This document shows, in pieces, positions 56,014 through 63,393 of a stretch of DNA of 64,000 nt. The stretch is taken from IMG/VR virus record IMGVR_UViG_3300037851_000671, positions 128,001 to 192,000 of that record; one strand, given 5' to 3'. A program made the translations under genes and the position numbers. Within the stretch, counting starts at the first letter, position 1, and every line of letters starts with the position of its first letter. The notes under the pieces are model-generated. The model was not told the origin of the DNA and searched no databases. It saw only the letters and a list, made by a program, of their open reading frames with translations. Origin of the DNA: a virus. Lineage: Duplodnaviria; Caudoviricetes.

Positions 56014-57021
56014 TTACTTCTTCGAGTTGCCTTGATTTGTGATTGCTTGCTGAACTGCATCGAGGGCCGTCTTTCCAGACTGAGCCTGCATCGATACCAC
56101 AGCAATCTCACGAACCTCTTCTTGTAATCTCTTCACATTTGCTCGGAGATCTGTGTTCTCTGCTTCCTTTGCGATCAATGCACGCTTCAGTGACTCCAGC
56201 TCACTTTGGGCAAGCTTGAGTTCCGATTCGCTTTGCATCTTGGCAAACTTCAACTCGTTATCATGTGACGACTTCATGTTAGCCGTCACTATCTTGAGAA
56301 CCTTATCAGCCTCAGCCTTTACGGTTGCGTCAAAGGAATCCAGTTTGGCCTTCCCTTCAGCAACAATTGCTTCGGCTTTCTTGAGCGCCTCTTCACGAAT
56401 CTGCCACGTCTTCTCCAAATCCTCTTCGGTCTGCTTACGCTCGCGATCTCTCTGAGCCACCTTCTGACGATAGGCTTCCTCATCATTCCTGCGAGCAACC
56501 TGCTTCTGGAAAACATAGTCATCATCTTCCCGCTGACGGGTTTTGAGGACTAGATCATTGCGCTCACGAACTGCCGTGAGATGATCCTGCTCTTCCTTCT
56601 GCCAGGCTTTGCGAGCTTCTTCCTGGGCTACAGCAAAAGCAGCTTTCTTTTCCTCGTACTCACGCACAAGGTCAGCCACTGCCTGGGCCGCAATCTCTTT
56701 TCCATGAAGCTCTTCTAGCTCAGTGGTCTTGAGATCAATGGCGTCTTTCAACGTCTGAAGCTCAGCTATCTTTGCTTCGAAGATCTCTCTGACACTGTTG
56801 ATTGATCTGGAGATGTCAAGATTCAATCGGGTGAGACCTGTTGCAACCTTCTCAACCGTCAACTCTGTTGCATCTTGTTCGATCTTTGCATCCCGTGCCG
56901 CTTTCAACGCTTTCGCATTGGCATCGGACTTGTCTTGGCCAGCCGCTGCTACTGCTGCGGTCACTTCGCCAATGTTGGATGGGGTTTTTGAACTCGTTGT
57001 TGTCTTCTTTTTTGCTACCAT
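56014..57021 (-). CDS. Long coiled-coil protein
   Basis: 335 aa, E/K/A/R-rich heptads. Confidence 0.8.
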   Translation of the reverse strand: MVAKKKTTTSSKTPSNIGEVTAAVAAAGQDKSDANAKALKAARDAKIEQDATELTVEKVATGLTRLNLDISRSINSVREIFEAKIAELQTLKDAIDLKTTELEELHGKEIAAQAVADLVREYEEKKAAFAVAQEEARKAWQKEEQDHLTAVRERNDLVLKTRQREDDDYVFQKQVARRNDEEAYRQKVAQRDRERKQTEEDLEKTWQIREEALKKAEAIVAEGKAKLDSFDATVKAEADKVLKIVTANMKSSHDNELKFAKMQSESELKLAQSELESLKRALIAKEAENTDLRANVKRLQEEVREIAVVSMQAQSGKTALDAVQQAITNQGNSKK

Positions 57022-57081
57022 TTGTTACACTCCTATTGTCCTAACGGCCGCTCTTTTTCTCAGAGCATTATGGACATTTTG

Positions 57082-57145
57082 TTACACGAAACTATTGCTC
57101 AAAAGCGGCAAATACCGTTGTTTTGGTTTGGCCGCTCGCGTACAA
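57082..57145 (-). ncRNA. Leader element E4 carrying the E1-E3 terminal motif
   Basis: TTGTACG/CGTGTAA stem, C-GAGCGGC/GCCGCTT inner stem, AGTTT before CG. Confidence 0.5.
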
Positions 57146-57147
57146 GA

Positions 57148-57695
57148 TCATATATCAAGCTGGCTCGGTTTGACAAGAAAATCAATCACTCTTTGGGTGA
57201 TTTTTCTATCAAGACCAGAGCTGTCATCTGTCAAAAACAACCACGATGGACTGGTTGGAAAGTTGTATGGTTCGTCATCAATGGCACAGAATTTATTGAT
57301 TCTATGCTCTTCCATGAATGACAAAATTTCGGTTTGACGTGACGAATCTTCTCTTGGCAGGCACTCATCTTTTGGTAGGTACAACCACCCACTCATTCCA
57401 AAAAAAAATCTGGCGTTCTACCTATAATCCTACCCATCAGAAAGTCAAGTCTTTCCGGCGCATTATCGAGCATGCATGCCAATCTGAGATGCGTCCAGAA
57501 ATCGCTACCCGCGCCAATACCACTGATACGCCAAGAACTACTGACTACAATTTTGGCATCAGTTTGTTCACAGATATAGGCCAAGTTCCTGACTAACTCA
57601 GGGGCCATATCATGTCTTTTCTTTCTGCTTTCCGCAGTGTTTAGAACGCCATCAACATCAAGTGCTATGACTGGAAAATCATTGCTCATGACCAA
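57148..57695 (-). pseudogene. Swiss-Army-knife-type HAD phosphatase split at a T9 run
   Basis: N-half LDVDGVLN..IVVSSSWR..GRTP; C-half R..EI..F....FCAIDD..TD...GL; junction CCA GAT TTT TTT TTG GAA TGA. Confidence 0.75.
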
Positions 57696-58410
57696 GTTCT
57701 TTCAAAGCCTGCTGCAATAGGTATATGTGGCTTTCGCTGTCACTTGCTTGTGACATGATCAGATCATCAAGCCCAAGTGTAAGAGCATCCTTTTCTTTCA
57801 AGGCATCATACACTTTGCTTGCTACTGTCTGGAAAAGCTGCTCTGCGGCCAACGATGACTGAAGGTGTTTTGCAGGGTTACCCTTGTGCTCTTCAACAAT
57901 GAACTGTGAGGCAATGTCACCAACCAACTCTTGATTGACTAGCTCACCACAAAGCCCCACCACTCTCTCGGCGGCATCATCAGCCATTTCTTGAACACCC
58001 TCGTATAGGCGCTGAAGAAGAAGGTGATGTTCATAACCAGCAGTTTCAAGATGGTTTTGATGATGTATCAAATACATCGCACGAAGAACAGCAGCGTATA
58101 CTGAAAGCATCTCACAATCATCATTGTCAAGTTTGCTTTCACCACGCTCGGTGCCAATGAAACCGTCAAGGATACCTTCTGCAACTACAACAAGCGCACG
58201 TCTCTCTGAAGCTTCGCAACGGCATTTCCAACGCCTGAGCGCTTTGTTAATACAACTGTCAGGGTCCTTCTTAGTCTTGGACTTTGTGTTCTTCTTTTTA
58301 TGGCCGCACATCCTATCGCAAAATGATTTCTGCTTAGGAGAACCTACAGGGGCTTTCTTTGTCCCTTCACATTTTTCAGCGGCTTTGACTAGTTGTTCTA
58401 AGATATCCAT
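57679..58410 (-). CDS. Fusion of small basic phage domain and ferritin/Dps-like domain
   Basis: KSFCDRM...DPDSCINKALRRWKC then H..H....GYEHHLLLQRLYE..DDAAER..LGLDDLIM..HIYLLQQ. Confidence 0.7.
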   Translation of the reverse strand: MDILEQLVKAAEKCEGTKKAPVGSPKQKSFCDRMCGHKKKNTKSKTKKDPDSCINKALRRWKCRCEASERRALVVVAEGILDGFIGTERGESKLDNDDCEMLSVYAAVLRAMYLIHHQNHLETAGYEHHLLLQRLYEGVQEMADDAAERVVGLCGELVNQELVGDIASQFIVEEHKGNPAKHLQSSLAAEQLFQTVASKVYDALKEKDALTLGLDDLIMSQASDSESHIYLLQQALKELGHEQ

Positions 58411-58422
58411 ACAAGGATCTCA

Positions 58423-58428
58423 GAATAT
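58423..58428 (-). promoter_or_regulatory. ATATTC candidate late promoter
   Basis: 12 nt before ATG 58410. Confidence 0.55.
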
Positions 58429-58445
58429 GCAGTGTATGTATGTTG

Positions 58446-58517
58446 AGTCGAGAGCCCGAATCGAACGGGCGATCTTCTAGTTTGCAGCTAGAGGCCTTAC
58501 CACTTGGCTACCTCGAC
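58446..58517 (-). tRNA. tRNA-Cys(GCA)
   Basis: TCTAG-CTGCAAA-CTAGA, GCCCG-TTCGATT-CGGGC, U73. Confidence 0.93.
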
Positions 58518-58519
58518 GT

Positions 58520-58594
58520 TGGAGCGGATAGCGGGGCTCGAACCCGCAACATTCTCGTTGGCAACGAGGCATTCTACCATTGAATTACATCCGC
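58520..58594 (-). tRNA. tRNA-Gly(GCC)
   Basis: GCGGATG/TATCCGC-TCCA, TT-GCC-AA loop. Confidence 0.95.
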
Positions 58595-58600
58595 ATGTTT

Positions 58601-58740
58601 TCAGGCAAGATTGGGAATCGACCCACAGTTTGTTGCAAAACTTTTGTGTGGCTGGCCGTGTCACAGCCCTTTGGACTCACTCCGGTTTTGTTACTCAACA
58701 AACCCATTCACGAGATGTTTGGGCATCTCTTGCTTCCTGA
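58601..58740 (-). ncRNA. Unassigned multi-branched 140-nt RNA between tRNA-Gly genes
   Basis: Ends pair (TCAG..GCAAGA/TCTTGC-CTGA); five to six internal hairpins; 3' TGGG-TCGATT-CCCA T-arm-like. Confidence 0.65.
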
Positions 58741-58741
58741 G

Positions 58742-58813
58742 AGCGGGGTACCGGATTTGAACCGGTGACATCAAACTTGGAAGGATTGCGTTCTACCGCT
58801 GAACTAACCCCGC
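58742..58813 (-). tRNA. tRNA-Gly(UCC)
   Basis: GCGGGGT/ACCCCGC, CT-TCC-AA loop, ACCGG-TTCAAAT-CCGGT. Confidence 0.93.
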
Positions 58814-58822
58814 GTGTATTTG

Positions 58823-59716
58823 TTATGCTACGATATTACCATCTCTCGACATGTATTTTTCCTTGAGATAGTTTAGATAGTAGTTCCTATCTTCGTTATT
58901 TGCTTCTATATCACCAGATTCAATCATCTGCTCAAGAAATTCTTTCATCTTGCCGATTTCTCTACCATCGGAAACACCAAGCTGTTCCATGATATCATGG
59001 CCAAAACCCTTTGGAAGTTTTGACTTTGATTTCTCATCTTCTTCAGCAATGGTTTTGATTCTGTTTCTTAGGTTTTCAATACGAGCAAGGATAGCGTTTT
59101 TCTTTGAGAGATGCTTAGTGGTTATGTCAGCAGCAGAAAGCAGAAGAATATCATCAAGGTATTCTCCCATTTCTTTTGCGAACCTACGAACCGCAGAGTC
59201 AGTCCAAGAAGGTTCGTATCCTTCAATGTACCCAAGATTGTACACAAGAAATTGGATACGCTTGTACAGACCAGGAGAAAACAACTTGGTTCTAAGAGAG
59301 AACTCTTTGAATATCCTAGCGCTGATGTGTTCATGCTGGTGAAACGTTACCTTTCCATCTTTGATTGAAAAGGCTTTGGCTTTGCCCATGTCATGAAACA
59401 AAGCAGCCCAACGAACCGCTAAAGATTGCGGAGCTTGTGACATAACCTGCAACGTGTGAGGCCAAATTTCCTTGAACTGTTTCTCAGCGCGAAACTCTAC
59501 AACTTCTTTCAGCTCAGGAAGAAGAGGATATAGGAACCCGCTTCTTTGCAGAGCAGAAAAAACCAGATATACGTGAGGTGACAGGATTATCTTGTGGAGT
59601 ATTGTAAGCTTTTCATGGTCCAAAGACAAAACGTCTTCAGCAGAAGATACAGATTCCAAAACCCCATCAAACTTGCCACGCTGAGCAAGTTGGAGTGCCT
59701 GTTGAAGAATCTTCAT
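58823..59716 (-). CDS. Stand-alone HD-domain protein resembling the C-terminal half of CCA-adding enzyme
   Basis: LLPEL, HTLQV, AALFHDMGK, TFHQHE, WTDSAVRR, LSAADIT; no GGxVRD/DxD transferase head. Confidence 0.85.
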   Translation of the reverse strand: MKILQQALQLAQRGKFDGVLESVSSAEDVLSLDHEKLTILHKIILSPHVYLVFSALQRSGFLYPLLPELKEVVEFRAEKQFKEIWPHTLQVMSQAPQSLAVRWAALFHDMGKAKAFSIKDGKVTFHQHEHISARIFKEFSLRTKLFSPGLYKRIQFLVYNLGYIEGYEPSWTDSAVRRFAKEMGEYLDDILLLSAADITTKHLSKKNAILARIENLRNRIKTIAEEDEKSKSKLPKGFGHDIMEQLGVSDGREIGKMKEFLEQMIESGDIEANNEDRNYYLNYLKEKYMSRDGNIVA

Positions 59717-59788
59717 ATAACTTTGATTACTTTTGCTGTTTTGTTTGCTATGTCTTCAATCTTAGTATCCATCCCAACATAAAACACC

Positions 59789-60463
59789 TTAAGGAAGCAT
59801 AGATGATATTCTCTTCTGACCAGCTGTTGTCTCGAAAAAACAACCTATCCAGTTGTTAGCGCTTACGAAATCTTCGGCAAAATCGAGACATTTTTCTGCC
59901 ATACAAATATCAAAGGCAAACCCGTCCTTTGGTTTGAATCCTTGCAAACATACCCAAGGACTGTCTTTCTCTTTGGTGAAGTTTTCTTCACTCCAATCAA
60001 CTATTTTAAACGCACCCTTTTCTGATGGATCCAAAGAAAGTATATCGACTCTTAGATGCTGGTCTTTGATGAACTTTGCTATTGGACTATCAGAACTTGG
60101 CACAGCTAACACAACATCTTTGTTGATTAGCCTAAGCGCTTTGAGAAGCGTGCCTTTCTCAATTGCTTTATCGGAAATCAGATCTATTCGTAGCCGGCGA
60201 AGGTGGTTCCATAGGTCCGGCCACTCGGAACGCAGGCTGAGAGAGCCACGCCCAAATATGTCAGATTTCCAGCTGCCGTGCAAGTTTCCTAGCAGCCTTA
60301 GTTGCTCCGCATGGCGCAACAGCCCCTCCACCCACGCCAGCGAGCGGTCATCCGGATTTAGATCAATACACCATTCAACAAATGGAAATCGTACTGATAG
60401 ATCTACCAAATCTTCCGGTGATACACTTGCGTCAGCTCCGCATATTGTTACTGTAGAAACCAT
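59789..60463 (-). CDS. TIM-barrel-like hypothetical protein
   Basis: VTICGAD..PEDLV.LS.RFPFVEW; ATG 60463 (listed start overlaps tRNA). Confidence 0.6.
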   Translation of the reverse strand: MVSTVTICGADASVSPEDLVDLSVRFPFVEWCIDLNPDDRSLAWVEGLLRHAEQLRLLGNLHGSWKSDIFGRGSLSLRSEWPDLWNHLRRLRIDLISDKAIEKGTLLKALRLINKDVVLAVPSSDSPIAKFIKDQHLRVDILSLDPSEKGAFKIVDWSEENFTKEKDSPWVCLQGFKPKDGFAFDICMAEKCLDFAEDFVSANNWIGCFFETTAGQKRISSMLP

Positions 60464-60495
60464 CTCATTGCAATACTTCAATATGCGTGTTGTAA

Positions 60496-60566
60496 TGCCC
60501 ACAAAGGGAATCGAACCCCTATCTCTTCCTTACCAAGGAAGCCTTCTACCATTAAAATATGTGGGC
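60496..60566 (-). tRNA. tRNA-Thr(GGU)
   Basis: GCCCACA/TGTGGGC, CTTCC-TTGGTAA-GGAAG, AGGGG-TTCGATT-CCCTT. Confidence 0.93.
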
Positions 60567-60770
60567 TTATATGTCTAGCATGTCATCAGCAATCTTGATC
60601 CATACGTGTTTATCTGGTGCGTGATCAAAATCACCACCATCAAATGGTTCAAGAACGCTCGGCATAATCCCAGTATCATCTTCTATACGGGCATCACGTA
60701 TACCATGCAAATAGTATTCGCGCAGTTTTTCTGCCACAATATTTGTAATTGCCTGTTTTACAGTGATCAT
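60567..60770 (-). CDS. Hypothetical protein
   Basis: 67-aa ORF with AGG RBS. Confidence 0.6.
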   Translation of the reverse strand: MITVKQAITNIVAEKLREYYLHGIRDARIEDDTGIMPSVLEPFDGGDFDHAPDKHVWIKIADDMLDI

Positions 60771-60796
60771 ACCTATATGCCGGCATATGCGCGAGT

Positions 60797-61063
60797 TTAG
60801 CTTTGGTAACGTTCGATCTTCTCTTCTATTTTGCGCCGAAGCATTTCAATTTTGGATTGAAGCACCGTATCTATAATAATTCCTGCACTCTCTGATCCTT
60901 TTGACTTCAAATCAAGATATGCTCTTGCAGCAAATGTTGTAAGGTGTTCATCTGTATCATTGAGAATATTACCAATGAATTCATCAGCTAGGTCTTCGTC
61001 TCGTTTTTGAAGCCTGCCACTTATCTCTATGATTTTGCAGGGGTTAGGTATATTTGCGCTCAT
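60797..61063 (-). CDS. Hypothetical protein
   Basis: ATG 61063 overlapping upstream gene end. Confidence 0.6.
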   Translation of the reverse strand: MSANIPNPCKIIEISGRLQKRDEDLADEFIGNILNDTDEHLTTFAARAYLDLKSKGSESAGIIIDTVLQSKIEMLRRKIEEKIERYQS

Positions 61064-61367
61064 ATCTTTTTCCGATACATTCAATAAGCTTCTTTGGATC
61101 ATACTCTTTACCATTTTCTTTCAACCAATCTAACCATTCATGATCTGGCGATTTTAGAATGTATGTGCTTCCAGAAGCGGTCTTCACAATAAAACCGTCA
61201 ACGGCTACGATTCTCGACGTAATAACGTGAGAGACTTCACCAGGGTGTGTTGGCCGGTTAAATACATCGCCGGCCAAACACAACTCTCCGCGCTCAGGTG
61301 CTTCGTATTCATTCTTGTACCTGAGTACCGTTGACCAATTGTCTATCTCGAAAACCTCTCCTTTCAT
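61044..61367 (-). CDS. Hypothetical protein
   Basis: 107 aa, TSRIV...VKTASGSTYIL. Confidence 0.65.
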   Translation of the reverse strand: MKGEVFEIDNWSTVLRYKNEYEAPERGELCLAGDVFNRPTHPGEVSHVITSRIVAVDGFIVKTASGSTYILKSPDHEWLDWLKENGKEYDPKKLIECIGKRYERKYT

Positions 61368-62596
61368 ACCTTTGCCATAATTGCTTTTATTTCTTCTTTA
61401 CTATGTGACAATATCATCTTATGCAATTTTCCCTGGTCAACATGTCTAAGAACACGAAATACACAAATCTTTTTCTTTTTGTCAGATATTTTCTCTGAGA
61501 ACATAAGATCAAGAACCTGCGCTGGCTCTAGCTGCTCTACAACAGATTGGAAAACAGAAACAGATCTATCATTGATGAATTCCTTGATTTTCTCTGACGG
61601 AAGGAAACGCATCATAGATTTACGCACATGAGCTTTAGCACCTTTTATCAGGTACATCATATCATCTGTGTTTCGCAACACTGCCGCAATATCCAGCCGA
61701 AGCTGATGATACATTCTATCGTCTTTGGCTGCTGTAATGAACTTTGCCAGTTCAACAACCTTTTCCCTCGGAACATTTGAAATGTACCTACGATAGGAAT
61801 AGTTGCAGAAGAATTTGGCAAGCTCCCCAATAGGCTTGTCAAGACAAAGCAAATCAGGACGCCTCTGCTCAACGAAATTCTTGGTTGTCTTAGGCTGAGC
61901 TTCCAACCATTCTTTGATTTTTTCAGGCGCAATTTGCTCAAGATTATGACAAATTATCCTGAGCATGTTCTTCGGAGGTTTGTCAGCAACAATGGCTTGA
62001 ACAACGCGCCTTAGAGCATCACCCTCTTCTTCCGAGAACTCTCTGGCATAAGAATCTTTGTCATCATAAACCTCAAATGACAAAAGACCACGCCTTACAA
62101 CTGCATACTTCTTAGTACGCATCTTTGCATTCGGGGTCTTTCCAACAACTATGTAGAACTCATTGCCATTAGCAACATAATCCTCATAGTATGTGGCATC
62201 TTCCATGGTTGTACACCAACGAGTTCCAGAGCCATAAATGATCATGGCTTGCTTGGTGTCCACACGCATCACAAGGAAATCATCATCCTCGAATATTTTT
62301 TCAGCGCCATCTTTTTTCTCTTCTTTCTCTTGGCGCTTTGATTTACCCATCTCTTTGATTATGTCTTCAAGCTCGGTAACAGTCTTGTACTTGAAGATGT
62401 CTTTCACAGAGAAACGATCAATGTTCTCGTGAAAGAACTTAAGAGTGGGTGCGATATTTTCTGGTGTCTGACCTTCTTTCAACTGTGAGGCAATCCATAG
62501 CAGATACTTATTCTTGCCACAGCTAAAGTCTTCAATGGCTAAAGCCTGATCGGCAACCTCGGGGAATTTCTTGAGCAGGATTTCTTTGCGATTCAT
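61364..62596 (-). CDS. Hypothetical phage protein
   Basis: 410 aa, IFEDD..VMRVDT..A..YGSGTRWCTT. Confidence 0.75.
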   Translation of the reverse strand: MNRKEILLKKFPEVADQALAIEDFSCGKNKYLLWIASQLKEGQTPENIAPTLKFFHENIDRFSVKDIFKYKTVTELEDIIKEMGKSKRQEKEEKKDGAEKIFEDDDFLVMRVDTKQAMIIYGSGTRWCTTMEDATYYEDYVANGNEFYIVVGKTPNAKMRTKKYAVVRRGLLSFEVYDDKDSYAREFSEEEGDALRRVVQAIVADKPPKNMLRIICHNLEQIAPEKIKEWLEAQPKTTKNFVEQRRPDLLCLDKPIGELAKFFCNYSYRRYISNVPREKVVELAKFITAAKDDRMYHQLRLDIAAVLRNTDDMMYLIKGAKAHVRKSMMRFLPSEKIKEFINDRSVSVFQSVVEQLEPAQVLDLMFSEKISDKKKKICVFRVLRHVDQGKLHKMILSHSKEEIKAIMAKV

Positions 62597-62600
62597 GGAA

Positions 62601-62627
62601 CGTCCTCGTTGGATTTGAACGAGAACG
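62601..62627 (-). promoter_or_regulatory. Hairpin burying the Shine-Dalgarno of gene 62596
   Basis: CGTTCTCGTT-CAAATCC-AACGAGGACG, 4 nt before ATG. Confidence 0.65.
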
Positions 62628-62644
62628 CTACCGGTTGCTCGACC

Positions 62645-62908
62645 TCAACTTGCGTGGACCATCTTCAAATTTACCCTCACCCGACGCATCGCTGCTTCCT
62701 CGGTTATCCCGCTGCTGATGATATTGTGATCGTCTCTCCAATACACACCAACAAATACTATCCCAGGCTCGTCCGCAATCAGTTCACACTTGGCCCAGCT
62801 AGATAGAACATCATTGGATTGACAAGCTATTTCGTCTGGAACATTCAAAGACGAAATATACCAGGCCCCACCCTCTTCACAAACAATGAAATCTATCTTA
62901 CCTACCAT
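62645..62908 (-). CDS. Hypothetical protein
   Basis: 87-aa ORF. Confidence 0.6.
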   Translation of the reverse strand: MVGKIDFIVCEEGGAWYISSLNVPDEIACQSNDVLSSWAKCELIADEPGIVFVGVYWRDDHNIISSGITEEAAMRRVRVNLKMVHAS

Positions 62909-62910
62909 GC

Positions 62911-63309
62911 TTACCTTAAGTCAAATGTGCATATGATGTTATTGCTGAACCTTGTTTCATCAAAACGATACTGTATACCAATTCCCCAGCTGACGTTGTT
63001 GGCCATGTTTATCTGTATGTTTCCAAATACAAATAAACGCGTATCTATATCATATATAATTGGCTGAAAATAGACCAGACGAGAAAGTAGTATAGGACCG
63101 TTTACAATGGTGAAAGCCTGATTCCATTGGTTATTACTATACTGAAGATCAATGTATGATGATCCAAGAAACAGTGACCAGTATCGATTCTTGACCGGCT
63201 CTATTCTCCAAGCTTTACCACCAATTGTATTCTTCTGACCATACGCATGAATACATAACGTAAGCAGAAAAACAATCGTCAGAATAATGTATCGTATTTT
63301 TGAAATCAT
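62911..63309 (-). CDS. Exported/membrane beta-rich hypothetical protein
   Basis: N-terminal hydrophobic signal-like segment YIILTIVFLLTLCIHAYG. Confidence 0.6.
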   Translation of the reverse strand: MISKIRYIILTIVFLLTLCIHAYGQKNTIGGKAWRIEPVKNRYWSLFLGSSYIDLQYSNNQWNQAFTIVNGPILLSRLVYFQPIIYDIDTRLFVFGNIQINMANNVSWGIGIQYRFDETRFSNNIICTFDLR

Positions 63310-63312
63310 TGG

Positions 63313-63388
63313 TGGTACGCCTGGTAGGGCTCGAACCTACAACCTCAGCTTTAGGAAAGCTGCACTCTATCCATTGAGTTACAGGCGC
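63313..63388 (-). tRNA. tRNA-Arg(CCU)
   Basis: GCGCCTG/CAGGCGT-ACCA, CAGCT-TTCCTAA-AGCTG. Confidence 0.95.
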
Positions 63389-63393
63389 AAAGT

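Noticed and set aside
58725-58740. SRP RNA because of TCAGG and GGAAGCA
   Set aside because: The inner tetraloop hairpin and symmetric loop geometry of SRP helix 8 are missing.
59853-60578. 241-aa + strand ORF
   Set aside because: Antisense to a better-supported gene and runs through tRNA-Thr; no motifs.
62601-62660. tRNA suggested by GGATTTGAAC and a following CCA
   Set aside because: No T-stem, acceptor or anticodon arm; better explained as an RBS hairpin.
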